32,094 nucleotides of DNA, taken from a virus (Duplodnaviria; Heunggongvirae; Uroviricota; Caudoviricetes). A program made the translations under genes and the position numbers. The DNA lies in IMG/VR virus record IMGVR_UViG_2711768042_000002, positions 1 to 32,094 of that record, one strand, 5' to 3'. A model generated the notes under the pieces. It saw only the letters and a program-made list of their open reading frames with translations, searched no databases and was not told the DNA's origin. This document shows positions 1 through 9,678 of the stretch, piece by piece. Every line of letters starts with the position of its first letter. The stretch's first letter is position 1.

Positions 1-624
1 AGAAGCATAAAAAAGAGGCTGACCCGGTATTCTCTCAAATAAAAAACGAGCATTTTTAAATCGACTGACATCTGGAAGAGTTGATACTTTAAAAGTAAGC
101 CCTCGCCCATCTATCTTTTCACCACCTGTTGCAACAGAAAGTAATTCTGATAGAGCTGATGTATCATCATGAACACCATCACCAATAGCCCCCCAACCTC
201 TTACATCATAACTGTCTCTCCATCTTGCTATCTGAAGTTTTGGGTATTTATTCGCTCCATCTGGGTCTTCTAATTGCTGCCGTAACTGATCAGGATCATA
301 CTTCAGCACATTAGGAAAATAGAACTGCTGTGTACCATACGCATCATAAACAGCCATAGAATGGCCTTGCACGGTTACGAATTTGGCAATCTGTCCGTTA
401 TATACCGGATATCCAGCAGCGTTAATGATTATTGGTTGCGAAACAGGAATGTGAGAACCGTCTTCGTTCTCTACATAAACCTGAATCTGGTTTTCAGGAT
501 TTACCGGGTCAGTGTCAATTTTACCGATATAAATTTTGCCATTGGCTACGGCTTTAAAAGAACGCGCCATAGTGAAGAGTTGCGAAGGCATACTCACTAC
601 AACATTGGCTGTAATGTCTGTCAT
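1..624 (-). CDS. 9: Tailspike protein, N-terminal head-binding domain (5' part of gene only; C-terminal receptor domain lies beyond the left edge)
   Basis: Reverse translation from ATG at ~624 gives [58 protein letters not shown]..., the conserved P22-family tailspike N-terminus as I recall it; open frame runs to position 1 (208 codons); GGAG RBS upstream. Confidence 0.85.
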   Translation of the reverse strand, partial: MTDITANVVVSMPSQLFTMARSFKAVANGKIYIGKIDTDPVNPENQIQVYVENEDGSHIPVSQPIIINAAGYPVYNGQIAKFVTVQGHSMAVYDAYGTQQFYFPNVLKYDPDQLRQQLEDPDGANKYPKLQIARWRDSYDVRGWGAIGDGVHDDTSALSELLSVATGGEKIDGRGLTFKVSTLPDVSRFKNARFLFERIPGQPLFYAS

Positions 625-692
625 TTAATTTGCTCCAGATACAAGGAATCGCCGCAGCATTGCCACAGTGATGCATTATTAATCAAACAAAG

Positions 693-707
693 AGACCACT
701 GTGGTCT
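693..707. promoter_or_regulatory. Perfect 15-bp palindrome AGACCACTGTGGTCT between divergent tailspike and mnt starts; candidate Mnt operator
   Basis: Palindrome read directly; location in divergent promoter region; resembles the CCAC..GTGG symmetry I recall for P22 Omnt. Confidence 0.4.
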
Positions 708-770
708 TATTGAGGATGCAACCAGCAGATAATAAGATGCCGATCCACTCACAAAAGCGAGGCATCAAGA

Positions 771-1022
771 ATGGGAAGAGATGACCCGCAATTTAATCTG
801 CGGCTACCTTACGAATTAAAGGAAAAACTAAAACAGCGAGCCAAATCCAATGGCCGCTCTCTTAATTCAGAATTAGTTCAGATAGTGACTGATGCTGTAT
901 CAAAGCCATCCAAAATTTCAGGCTATCGAGACGATGCGGAACGCATCGCTGATGAGCAGTCAGAGCTTGTTAAGAAGATGGTGTTTGATACGCTGAAGGA
1001 TTTGTACAAAAAACCCACCTGA
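771..1022 (+). CDS. mnt: Mnt-like ribbon-helix-helix repressor (immI region)
   Basis: 83-aa ORF MGRDDPQFNLRLPYELKEKLKQRAKSNGRSLNSELVQIV..., closely matching P22 Mnt as recalled (Arc/Mnt RHH N-terminus). Confidence 0.85.
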   Translation: MGRDDPQFNLRLPYELKEKLKQRAKSNGRSLNSELVQIVTDAVSKPSKISGYRDDAERIADEQSELVKKMVFDTLKDLYKKPT

Positions 1023-1038
1023 AGGTGGGTTAATTTTT
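1012..1038 (+). terminator. Rho-independent terminator after mnt
   Basis: AACCCACC-TGAA-GGTGGGTT hairpin followed by AATTTTT. Confidence 0.6.
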
Positions 1039-1121
1039 GCATTTACCTGGGCCATATTGACTACTTATAAAATGAGATCAATATTTAATCGCCCAATAAC
1101 GGGTGTATGTTGAGGTATATC

Positions 1122-1301
1122 ATGGCGAAAAAACCAGGTGAAAACACAGGAAAAAACGGCGGAATATACCAAGAAGTTGGCCCACGCGGCGGTAAGAAAG
1201 ACAATTTTGCAACCGTCAAGGACAACGAAAGGCTTCCGCCAACAACAAAGCCAGGTCATGGCTGGGTATTGGATAAGCGAACTCCAGACAGCAAAAAGTA
1301 A
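1122..1301 (+). CDS. Hypothetical 59-aa Lys/Gly-rich protein
   Basis: ATG with GAGG RBS 6 nt upstream, in frame with track ORF 1107..1301; MAKKPGENTGKNGGIYQEVGPRGGKK...; followed by its own terminator. Confidence 0.5.
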   Translation: MAKKPGENTGKNGGIYQEVGPRGGKKDNFATVKDNERLPPTTKPGHGWVLDKRTPDSKK

Positions 1302-1308
1302 TAATCAA

Positions 1309-1329
1309 GCCGGGTCACTCCGGCTTTTT
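1309..1329 (+). terminator. Hairpin plus T-run terminator (GCCGG-GTCACT-CCGGC-TTTTT); may also end the convergent minus-strand gene
   Basis: Read directly; stop codon of the minus-strand ORF 1315..1680 sits in the loop. Confidence 0.5.
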
Positions 1330-1680
1330 GATATGTCGCTCGCAGAACTCAACAAGCCTGCTCATTAAGTAGCAGTAAGTCTCGTTGGCTCTTCCTGGTT
1401 CAACATCAACACCTACCCTTGAGCAGATATCGAATGCCATGTGAGCGCACTCATGGGCAATAGTAGATAGTTTGCCATTGAACACGCCTATCACATGCAA
1501 AACACCATTCTCGCTACTCATTGTATGAGACGCTCCGTTGGCGTCCGAGTCATGCACGTCAACGCCAAGTTTTTGATGCAGGCGTTGCCATTCTGGAAAG
1601 TCTCTACAAAACACAATTGTACCGCTCTCAAAGAGCGGAACGAGCATCTTTTGTACGTTTCCAATGTTAACTTTTTTCAT
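1315..1680 (-). CDS. Hypothetical HEXXH zinc-metallopeptidase-like protein (121 aa)
   Basis: Track ORF; ATG with AGGA RBS; motif H76-E-C-A-H80 with Glu about 20 residues downstream (RANETY); several Cys. No specific family recognised. Confidence 0.6.
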   Translation of the reverse strand: MKKVNIGNVQKMLVPLFESGTIVFCRDFPEWQRLHQKLGVDVHDSDANGASHTMSSENGVLHVIGVFNGKLSTIAHECAHMAFDICSRVGVDVEPGRANETYCYLMSRLVEFCERHIKKPE

Positions 1681-1710
1681 GGTATCCTGCGCAAAACTAA
1701 GGAGGTTGGT

Positions 1711-2160
1711 GTGAGTGAAAAATTATCAGTTGAGATTTACAGGGATGCAAAAAAATTGATTAAAAAGGCATTGCTGATTTCCCTATCTTTGTTAGCCATT
1801 GCCATTGTTTATTTTGTGGCAGACAAAATCTATACAGAACAAAAAAATAGCAAAAAAAATGCTGAGCTGATTATGCGCGCAGAAAATGTTGTCAAGGGTA
1901 AATCACCCATGGTATTCAACAGAACATTCCTTGGCGAAAGCTCCTCTATTTCTGTTTGGTTTATTAATGATTCAGATGGGCATATTCTTGTAGAAAAAAA
2001 CGGTGAAAAATCATTGTTTTCATCAAGAGAATCCGTATACGGTGGCATCAATGCATACCATCAAGCCGGAAAGGCATGTGAAACCCTGTCTTTTTCTATG
2101 ACTTCAGGTTTTGTGATATCTGTTTCTTGCGATTTTGATGATTATTACACTAAAAAATAG
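1711..2160 (+). CDS. Hypothetical membrane-anchored protein (149 aa), AT-rich moron in sieA position
   Basis: GTG start 5 nt after strong AAGGAGG RBS, in frame with track ORF 1495..2160 (upstream part overlaps the HEXXH gene antisense and is rejected); N-terminal hydrophobic helix LLISLSLLAIAIVYFVA; visibly lower GC than flanking genes. Confidence 0.55.
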   Translation: MSEKLSVEIYRDAKKLIKKALLISLSLLAIAIVYFVADKIYTEQKNSKKNAELIMRAENVVKGKSPMVFNRTFLGESSSISVWFINDSDGHILVEKNGEKSLFSSRESVYGGINAYHQAGKACETLSFSMTSGFVISVSCDFDDYYTKK

Positions 2161-2177
2161 CCATCCATGGCATTTAG

Positions 2178-4019
2178 TCACTGCTGTGTTGCCTCAGTAG
2201 CAAACAGCGGTCTGATGGCATTCGCAGCATTATTTAGCGCTCTTTCATAGGCTGGTGTTCCTGCTTTGGTGTTTGCCAAGCGTAAGAGAGCATTCCTTGC
2301 TGCTTTGGATTCATACAAGCGCATCATTGCACCGAAACCAGCCTCAAGCCCCATTGATACGCCAAGAGTCGCAGTTGCGCCAATCGTCCTTATCCTGTTG
2401 GCTTGCGATTGCCCCGTCTGAGTTACTACATTTGCGGTGTCTGACCTTGCTGTTTGCTGTAGAACTTCATGAAGAGCATCAAGTTCTTTCATGTGCTTTC
2501 CAGAAAAAATAGTGTTGTAAATTTCACCGCCTGACTGAGATTTCAGCTTATTAACTTCAGTGATGAACTTGGCTGGAGAGTCACCGGCCTTTTCCGCTAT
2601 TTTGCTGACGTAAGCTGCACGCATAGCATCTTTCCCTTTATCATCCAGTGCGCTCCAGATTCGTTTCACGTCAGATGGTTTTCTGCTTAATACAACGGTA
2701 TTTATAAGTTCAGGACTGGCTTCACTGCTTGCCTTGTTGAGTTTGTTAGCAATGTTTTTATTAAGCACCTTATTATAAACGTTTGCATAATCGGAATTTG
2801 CTTTAAGGTATTTTGCTGCGTCTGATGCACCGAGGTTTTTAGCAACTGCGTTACGAAGGTCTTTTGACATTGCATTCTCTACCATATTGGTAGCTGCTTT
2901 TGCCTGGTTGGGGAAGACCATAGCATCTCCCTGAACATTAGATCTAAATGCTGTTCTGTGCTGACGCAAGAGATCAAACGTAACATCCAAATCAGTTGCA
3001 GGGTTTGCTAATTCTTCACGTAGGTTACGCAAGGATGTAAGCAGGCTTTGATTGGCAGACGTCCCAAGCCGTTCCTGTCTTGCGATCGCTGTATTCAGAG
3101 CATTCATGGTATTTGTGGTATCAACTGCGGCATTACCCATTTTATTGGTGACGTCATTGATAACAGCGCCAGCGGCATCCTTCCGTCCCCTTAACGTGGT
3201 GGTCAGAGATTTCACCACATCATCCGGGTTGTACTCACCAAAACGGTCAAAATAATTACTTACCAACTTACTACGCGTTGCATATTGCTCCGCTCGCTTT
3301 GAGCCTGTCCCGAGCAAAGCCCCCTCGGCATCCTGAGTAAGACCGCGAGTGAAAGCATTTTTCGGCTGGATAACATCAGATGTCATAGGTGTCACGCCCA
3401 TCGATTCTGAGGTGGCAATTTTTTTCGCTACTTCTGGCGCGATATCGCCTTTTATAGCCGTTATTCCACGCCCTATTCCCTTTGCTGCTGCGGAAAGAAC
3501 ACCCTGAGCGGCAAGGTTAACTCCGGCGTTTATGGCTGCATTTTGCGCGAAATCGCCTTTCTGGTTTGCGGCTTCTGCCAGTGATCCTATAGCCATGCTT
3601 CCTGCCGTTCCAACTCCTGGAACTAAATACCCGCCAATTGTTTCTCCAGCTTGCGCATAAGGGTCTGTTGGTCGATCTACTGGACGATAGACATCGTCCA
3701 AAACCTTGGGGCCACCAAGCCCCTGGCTGATTGCATTAATCAGACTTGCGCCACCCTGCAATACGTCAAATGGTATGTTTACCAGACCACGACCAGCCTG
3801 CTCTGCAATTTGCCCTGCACTTTGACCACCTGTGAGCCAATCGCCAGCTTGTTGCATCAATGATGGTTCTTCACGTGCTGGTTCATTATTGGCCTGATTA
3901 ACTGTTTGTTGCTGAACAGCCTGACCAGCAAAATACTCATCAATGGCGGTGCCAATATCTTCCGTGCTCGTACCATCAGGGAAGGTAAATGTCTTACCGT
4001 TTGCAGTTACTTTCATCAT
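2178..4019 (-). CDS. 16: Ejection/injection protein gp16
   Basis: 613 aa, [32 protein letters not shown]... matches P22 gp16 N-terminus as recalled; position after gp20. Confidence 0.9.
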   Translation of the reverse strand: MMKVTANGKTFTFPDGTSTEDIGTAIDEYFAGQAVQQQTVNQANNEPAREEPSLMQQAGDWLTGGQSAGQIAEQAGRGLVNIPFDVLQGGASLINAISQGLGGPKVLDDVYRPVDRPTDPYAQAGETIGGYLVPGVGTAGSMAIGSLAEAANQKGDFAQNAAINAGVNLAAQGVLSAAAKGIGRGITAIKGDIAPEVAKKIATSESMGVTPMTSDVIQPKNAFTRGLTQDAEGALLGTGSKRAEQYATRSKLVSNYFDRFGEYNPDDVVKSLTTTLRGRKDAAGAVINDVTNKMGNAAVDTTNTMNALNTAIARQERLGTSANQSLLTSLRNLREELANPATDLDVTFDLLRQHRTAFRSNVQGDAMVFPNQAKAATNMVENAMSKDLRNAVAKNLGASDAAKYLKANSDYANVYNKVLNKNIANKLNKASSEASPELINTVVLSRKPSDVKRIWSALDDKGKDAMRAAYVSKIAEKAGDSPAKFITEVNKLKSQSGGEIYNTIFSGKHMKELDALHEVLQQTARSDTANVVTQTGQSQANRIRTIGATATLGVSMGLEAGFGAMMRLYESKAARNALLRLANTKAGTPAYERALNNAANAIRPLFATEATQQ

Positions 4020-5488
4020 TCCACCGTAAATTGAATGCCTGATTTTGAGGTATATGATCCGGATTGACTCTGCTGCTGTTGGGTATTTGTCGGTTGTTGG
4101 CTATTGCTCTGTTGTTGACTATTTGCAGCACTTGAAACCACCAAAGCATCATAAACGCGACCAGACTGACCACGTAATGAGTTATATTGGCCCTGCATTT
4201 TTCGCATTTTTGTTTCAGTAGCAGCCTTGGAATCACCGGGCTGAGGCAGGTACATTTTGGAATACTCCTGCATCTCTGGCAGAGTAATTGCTGCACCTGT
4301 TTCTGGGCGCAAAATTGCATACAAGGCGTCTCTCGCATTTACCATATATTGCTGCTCCGCTGGTGATAGGCTTAAATTTGCAATAGTCCCATCACCAAGA
4401 GAGCGATTTATTAATGCAACTCGCTTAGGGTCAATGCTTTTACTAAGTTGATTCATTGAGTCCATTGAATCTTTTAATCGCAAAGCAAATCCTGCCGCCT
4501 TCTTGGAACCCTCATTAGCCTTATCTATGATGCTTTGCGCTTGTGGCAAACTAATTGGTTTAATGCCATCACCAGATATAGGTTGGTTTAGTTTTCCTGC
4601 TTCCTCGCTGCCATCGGTGTAATACTTAGTTACCGAGCCATCAGGATTGGTTTCAACCTTAAGTAATTTCTTAGCATTGGGATTAATTCCCGCCGCTGCC
4701 GCAAATGCCGCTGCACCATCTGGATCCGCCTTTAACATTTGCGCGTACTGATTGTAATTCTGCATTGCGGCTGTTGGTGCATATGCTGACGTTAACGCAT
4801 TTGCTCGGCTAATATCCTGCCCTCTCGCCTGAAGTGCTTCGCTGGCCTGATTGCTGCGGATTGTCTCTGCCAGTCTGCCTCGGTCAATCTCACGACCAGC
4901 CATCTTGTCCTGAACATTGAAGTAATCAATCGGACCAAGAGCAGCCATTCCAAGGTGATCAACAAACTCACCAAATCCTGAAGGATTCTGCTGATACATC
5001 TGAGCAACGTTATTAGGGTCAACACCGACGCGAGTCAGTTCCTTGGCGTTGTTTTGCAGCCATGATTGCATTGCTTCTGGAGACGAGGCCGCAAGGCGTG
5101 CGCCAGCCGCTAAGGTGCCGATAGAATTGCGCTGGTCTTCGTCTGCCCACTTCATACCAGACTGAATCTTCTCTAATTGACCAGGATATTTGGTCATCAG
5201 ATCTCGCACCTGCTGCCGATCACCTGACTGGATGGCTGCCGCATATTCTTTTTGGAATGCAGCATCCGCTTCCTGTTGCTTTGCGGCTTGATATGTTTGA
5301 GCGACACTACCAAGCCCCTGCAACGCCTGAAGGCCGATGTTATTGCGACCTGAGCGCTCCATTTCGTTGTTCTGGCGAATATATGCCAACGCCTCACTTA
5401 CATCACTTGCCTTTGGCGCATTTGAGTTTTGCCCACCGATACCAGCAAGAAAGCCGCCTGAGTTGATTCCTTGTTGCCAAGTAGCCAT
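4016..5488 (-). CDS. 20: Ejection/injection protein gp20
   Basis: 490 aa, Gln/Ala-rich; order 7-20-16 as in P22; start overlaps gp7 region, stop overlaps gp16 start. Confidence 0.85.
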   Translation of the reverse strand: MATWQQGINSGGFLAGIGGQNSNAPKASDVSEALAYIRQNNEMERSGRNNIGLQALQGLGSVAQTYQAAKQQEADAAFQKEYAAAIQSGDRQQVRDLMTKYPGQLEKIQSGMKWADEDQRNSIGTLAAGARLAASSPEAMQSWLQNNAKELTRVGVDPNNVAQMYQQNPSGFGEFVDHLGMAALGPIDYFNVQDKMAGREIDRGRLAETIRSNQASEALQARGQDISRANALTSAYAPTAAMQNYNQYAQMLKADPDGAAAFAAAAGINPNAKKLLKVETNPDGSVTKYYTDGSEEAGKLNQPISGDGIKPISLPQAQSIIDKANEGSKKAAGFALRLKDSMDSMNQLSKSIDPKRVALINRSLGDGTIANLSLSPAEQQYMVNARDALYAILRPETGAAITLPEMQEYSKMYLPQPGDSKAATETKMRKMQGQYNSLRGQSGRVYDALVVSSAANSQQQSNSQQPTNTQQQQSQSGSYTSKSGIQFTVE

Positions 5489-5497
5489 ATTCCCACC

Positions 5498-6172
5498 TTA
5501 AAACAATGATCCAAGACCACCGATAATACCGCCACCAATAGCGCCAACAGCTGTACCTATTCCAGGTACCACAGAGCCAATCATCGCCCCTGATGCCGCA
5601 CCGCTCATGGCACCGCCCAAAGCTGATTGCAATCCTGATGGTCGGTTAGCATTCGCCGCAGATGCTGCCGCCTGCTGTTGATACAATTGGCTGACGTTGT
5701 TAGCGTAGTTCTGCCCGGCGTTTGCCTGACCTGTAAGAGCACCAAGGCCAATGTTTGCCAGATTGTTGTAGTTGTTCATCTGACCTGACAGCCAGTTTTG
5801 ACCGAGTGTAGGTGCGATTGCTGCTAACTGGTTTCCTGTTGCTGTAGAGCCTAATCCACCCGTTGCCTCTGCTGCTGCCAGACTCTGGTAACGCGCCTGA
5901 CCAGCAAGGTCTTTGTACTGCTGGGAGTTGTAATACTGGTTAAGCGCCTGACCTTGCCCCTGAAGAGAGGAAAGATTCTGCAACTCTGATACGTACTGTT
6001 GAGCGAGTGGCGTGAACGGTGCAAGGTTTTGCATGTTCGTTTGCCACATTTCACGCTGCAATTCGATACCCTTTTCAGTTGCGCGTGCCTGGGCTTTTGA
6101 ACCGCCATCACTGCCACCTTTGCAGTAAACAGCTTTGCTGAGGTGCTTATTGGCAATCTGGAAAATTAACAT
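5498..6172 (-). CDS. 7: Ejection/injection protein gp7
   Basis: 224 aa, C-terminal Gly/Ala-rich tail; position between gp14 and gp20. Confidence 0.8.
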   Translation of the reverse strand: MLIFQIANKHLSKAVYCKGGSDGGSKAQARATEKGIELQREMWQTNMQNLAPFTPLAQQYVSELQNLSSLQGQGQALNQYYNSQQYKDLAGQARYQSLAAAEATGGLGSTATGNQLAAIAPTLGQNWLSGQMNNYNNLANIGLGALTGQANAGQNYANNVSQLYQQQAAASAANANRPSGLQSALGGAMSGAASGAMIGSVVPGIGTAVGAIGGGIIGGLGSLF

Positions 6173-6629
6173 TCTTTAGCTCCTCGTATTTTGAGCGCGG
6201 TAACTGATAAATCGTGATGCCTACAGGCTTTCCATTGCTGGTATAAGCATCATCAAGGTGACCAACACGGGTAGCGCCAAGCAAACGGATAATTGACCGT
6301 CCGTATTTCGTGGTGTCAGGAACCATGGTAATGCTGTTAAGGAATGGTGAGTTTTCGAGAAGCCATTTGCAGAATAATCGATGCCCTTGCAGTGCATATT
6401 CACCACGGAATCCGGGGTCGTACACCGCATGGCATTCAACAACGCTATGCCAGAAGTTACGCACTTCATGCACTCCGACCAGCATCAGTCCTTCGTAGAT
6501 GCCGAGGTATACCGCATCAGGCTTGATGTAGTATTTGTCTCCACTGTCTACGATATTTCCCGTGTTTGCCGGGTTGTTGAGGAATTCTGCAAGCTTCACC
6601 GGATTATCGATGAGCTTTATTTCCATCAC
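6147..6629 (-). CDS. 14: Head assembly protein gp14-like
   Basis: 160-aa ORF in the P22 gene-14 position between tail needle and gp7. Confidence 0.7.
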   Translation of the reverse strand: MMEIKLIDNPVKLAEFLNNPANTGNIVDSGDKYYIKPDAVYLGIYEGLMLVGVHEVRNFWHSVVECHAVYDPGFRGEYALQGHRLFCKWLLENSPFLNSITMVPDTTKYGRSIIRLLGATRVGHLDDAYTSNGKPVGITIYQLPRSKYEELKNVNFPDCQ

Positions 6630-7579
6630 TGCTCCGCAATGATTTTGATGGTTGTGGCAGTAAACGCCGCACCATTTGACTGAATGGTTAACGTACTGCC
6701 ATTTGTGGCAAGAAAGCCGTCTTTATCCACGCTGAAGAACGTAGCTAACAGGATGTTGTCGGTTGTTGTCGCCGCATTACGACTGCTCACAAGTGTGTCA
6801 GGAACAGAGCCGGAAAACGTTAGCTGCATTGATCTGTTAGCGGTTCCGCTGGGCCACGTCCCGACAATCGACAGCTTGAAGAACAGGGTTTTGTTCTCGT
6901 TGAACACAACCATCTTGTTGTTAACGGTGTCGAAGAATGGTGCCAACGTGCCTGATGACGGCGTGAGCGTTTTCAGCAGGCTAACAAGGTTGGTAGGCGC
7001 TGTCGGAATTGTTACCGATACTCCTGAGTAAACAACCTCTGATTTCTTGCGCGTGGTGGCATACTCAAGCGCAGATATTCTTGTTGAGTGATCACCCACT
7101 GTGCTTTGTAGCGTCGAAATACTTCCCTCTGCCGCTGTTAGCCTGGTATCAAGTGCGTCGATATCGGTTGTATTCTGAGTTATGCGCGCATCATGGTTTG
7201 CTAACTCAGATTCATTGGCAGCAATTCGCGTCTCGTGATCAGCCAACTCTGTTTCAGCAGCCGTAATCCTTGTTTCATGATCTGCAAGAGTGCTTTCCGC
7301 TGCTGCAATTCTATGTTCATGATTGATGAGAGTTGCTTCAGCAGCTTCAATTCTGGATTCATGGTCTGCAAGGGTGACATCCTGCTCATCATTCTTCACC
7401 TGTGCATCATAAGCCCCCTTCCCTGCTTCGTTGGCCTTGTTTGCCACGTTACCAACATCAGTACCCTGTGCAATAACGTACAACAGATATGACTGCGAGA
7501 AGATATTGCGTGGAAGGATTGATGTATCGAGTCGTGTAGCCTGAATTGTTACCGGCTCATTGAGATTCGAATCAGCCAT
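6626..7579 (-). CDS. 26: Tail needle protein gp26 with extended C-terminal knob domain
   Basis: 317 aa; N-terminus [43 protein letters not shown] matches P22 gp26 as recalled; central repeats ADHExRIxAAExxL; C-terminal ~120 aa beta-rich extension absent from P22 gp26 (Sf6-type knob). Confidence 0.85.
   Translation of the reverse strand: MADSNLNEPVTIQATRLDTSILPRNIFSQSYLLYVIAQGTDVGNVANKANEAGKGAYDAQVKNDEQDVTLADHESRIEAAEATLINHEHRIAAAESTLADHETRITAAETELADHETRIAANESELANHDARITQNTTDIDALDTRLTAAEGSISTLQSTVGDHSTRISALEYATTRKKSEVVYSGVSVTIPTAPTNLVSLLKTLTPSSGTLAPFFDTVNNKMVVFNENKTLFFKLSIVGTWPSGTANRSMQLTFSGSVPDTLVSSRNAATTTDNILLATFFSVDKDGFLATNGSTLTIQSNGAAFTATTIKIIAEQ
7160..7375. repeat. About five tandem ~42-bp repeats inside the tail-needle gene (encode 14-residue coiled-coil repeats)
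   Basis: Protein repeats [14 protein letters not shown] / [14 protein letters not shown] / [14 protein letters not shown] / [14 protein letters not shown] with matching DNA periodicity. Confidence 0.6.
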
Positions 7580-8997
7580 TACTCAATCCTTATCTGGCAG
7601 CCTGACAGAGTGACAGGTGACTTCGTGATAACGCGCAATTTGAAGCCGACATTTTTCCTGATTAGCCCGACACGCTTCCACAAAACGCGTTTGTCGTAAA
7701 CGAACGGTTCATTCTGCTCAATCATCTGCTCACGACCGTAATTGATGCCGTCAGTTGTTGCAGAGAGAAAAAGGCGGTCGGCGTACTGCGCAACGCCAGT
7801 TGACGATTCAACCTCAAGGTCGAACACTCTGGCATTATCTGCTTTGAACAATGGAGTAAACAGCAGGTGTTCCTGTTGAAGGCCATATTGGCTGCTGATG
7901 TCGAACTGCAATTTCCCGGTCACGGATTCCAGCTTATCGCCGCACGTTATCTGATTGTCTTCGTAAATGAAGTCGATAGCGCGGTACACATCGTCATACA
8001 GGCCTGTTTTCAGCACACACCATTGCGGACCATTGGCGCTTGAAGATGCGTCGTACACGAGAACATGGCGCGGAAGATGGATAATCAGCAACTCATGCGC
8101 ATCAAACCGCAGCGATTCCATCACGCCATCAGCCAGTTCATCAGCAGTGTAGGAGCGTAGTATTTTCTCAATGCTCGCGCTGGCGATTGGTGATACCTGA
8201 CCGGAGCCGATGATGTATACAGACGGCGCACCCGTTGCCGGATTGCTGATGAAAGCATACGAATCAGCAAACGGCGTTTTGCAGTAAGTCCCGGCAATCC
8301 CTTTCTGCACCATCAGTGATGGCTGTGCGACATACAAAGCGGCACCAACGGTGGTTGCACCAGTCAGGGAGAAATATTCAATCGTCGATGAACCAAAGCA
8401 GACGATGAAGTCTCGCCATGTACCTATGCCGATGATGCCGTCCGGCTGCGATTCTGCGCGATATTGTGCGCTGTAACGGTCAGGATGCGATTCGTCTTCA
8501 AGGTCAGTGATAAACCATGAATCAGTACCGTCTTTTGACCACGCATAACGCCCACGTAAACGCGTAATGTCACGGACCGAACCTAACTCATACTGCGTGA
8601 ATCCGCTGTCTGCAGGCCAGTTTGATACGGTTTTAACCGTGCCATCATAGCGATACTCGACCAGTTGACCATTAACGCCTACCGCCTGTGATGTCCGACC
8701 ATGCGCCATTGATACACGACCACTTCCGGAAACATCACCGACTTCACTTTCTCCTTTGTAGAGCTTGCCACCACACACGCGATAAACAGCATTCTGCGCC
8801 ATGTTGTACTCAACTCCGCGCGATACACCGTTTACATCAGAGCGTTTGGCAATGCCCGGGAATGAACGAAGATATCCGCTGCTGTTGAGGATTTCTTTGG
8901 GTGTAGCCAGCATATTCACTGGCAGATAGTCGATATAGTCGGCGTTTCGAAAGTCTTTGCCGACACCTTTCATAAGCGGAAGTTGCTGAATCGGCAT
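7579..8997 (-). CDS. 10: Tail hub/head completion protein gp10
   Basis: 472 aa, same length as P22 gp10; position between gp4 and tail needle. Confidence 0.8.
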   Translation of the reverse strand: MPIQQLPLMKGVGKDFRNADYIDYLPVNMLATPKEILNSSGYLRSFPGIAKRSDVNGVSRGVEYNMAQNAVYRVCGGKLYKGESEVGDVSGSGRVSMAHGRTSQAVGVNGQLVEYRYDGTVKTVSNWPADSGFTQYELGSVRDITRLRGRYAWSKDGTDSWFITDLEDESHPDRYSAQYRAESQPDGIIGIGTWRDFIVCFGSSTIEYFSLTGATTVGAALYVAQPSLMVQKGIAGTYCKTPFADSYAFISNPATGAPSVYIIGSGQVSPIASASIEKILRSYTADELADGVMESLRFDAHELLIIHLPRHVLVYDASSSANGPQWCVLKTGLYDDVYRAIDFIYEDNQITCGDKLESVTGKLQFDISSQYGLQQEHLLFTPLFKADNARVFDLEVESSTGVAQYADRLFLSATTDGINYGREQMIEQNEPFVYDKRVLWKRVGLIRKNVGFKLRVITKSPVTLSGCQIRIE

Positions 8998-9006
8998 TTA
9001 TTCACC

Positions 9007-9468
9007 TCACGTACTCGGATCATCTTTCTCGATGTAAAACCGATTCCACGTAAACGCGCTTTTGTTACCACTACCGCGAGGCATGTCATTTCGCCGCTCA
9101 AGTGGTGGTATTTTGGTTAAAGCGATACAGATTGTTTGATATGCACTGTCAGCAGCGGTAAGGAGAGCGTCTGAAGGCTGAATGACGTTATCCATGCACA
9201 CTTGCACAGCGAGTTTCAAAGCGACGCCATCATTTGCCCATGCAGGGATACCTGAATCATCGTCAGGTAACGGCATGATGCCGTTTTCTGTATCAGCAAA
9301 CTGATACCCAAGCTCGATACCTTTCGCCTGCCATGCTGCCATCATGTCTTCGAGGTCATTAATGGCATCTTCAATTGCCTGAGGGTCGGCATCTGTCAAC
9401 GTGGCATTGGAATACAGCCCGGCTTTTCGTAAAGCCTTAAGAACGAGATCACCCTTCGTTTTCGCCAT
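9007..9468 (-). CDS. 4: Tail adaptor/head completion protein gp4
   Basis: 153 aa ORF in P22 gene-4 position downstream of coat. Confidence 0.8.
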   Translation of the reverse strand: MAKTKGDLVLKALRKAGLYSNATLTDADPQAIEDAINDLEDMMAAWQAKGIELGYQFADTENGIMPLPDDDSGIPAWANDGVALKLAVQVCMDNVIQPSDALLTAADSAYQTICIALTKIPPLERRNDMPRGSGNKSAFTWNRFYIEKDDPST

Positions 9469-9637
9469 CTTCTTCCGCCTTAGCCACTTTTTGCTTCGTT
9501 GCGGTTTCTTCAGGAGTTTTTACCCATCCTTTTTTCAGGTGAGATTTAACTTCATCGTCATCAACAATGATGTAATCGACAGCAAACTGACCACAGGTGA
9601 TCATGTTGCCCGGCTTATAGAGCATTGTTCGTGCCAT
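9449..9637 (-). CDS. Small hypothetical protein between coat and gp4 (about 62 aa)
   Basis: In-frame ATG (MARTMLYKPG...) with GGAGAAG RBS inside track ORF 9449..9676. Confidence 0.4.
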   Translation of the reverse strand: MARTMLYKPGNMITCGQFAVDYIIVDDDEVKSHLKKGWVKTPEETATKQKVAKAEEDGENEG

Positions 9638-9678
9638 TGTCTTCTCCCAATAAAAATGGGGCCGAAGCCCCACCAAAA

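Noticed and set aside
361-732. Plus-strand 123-aa track ORF
   Set aside because: Lies antisense within the tailspike N-terminal coding region and the mnt/tailspike promoter; no RBS; tailspike homology on the opposite strand explains the region.
1065-1368. Track ORFs 1065..1259 (-) and 1138..1368 (+)
   Set aside because: Alternative frames over the 59-aa gene and terminator; no RBS, run through the terminator hairpin.
1495-1710. Upstream extension of track ORF 1495..2160
   Set aside because: Overlaps the HEXXH ORF antisense; a strong AAGGAGG RBS and GTG at 1711 give a far better start for the membrane protein.
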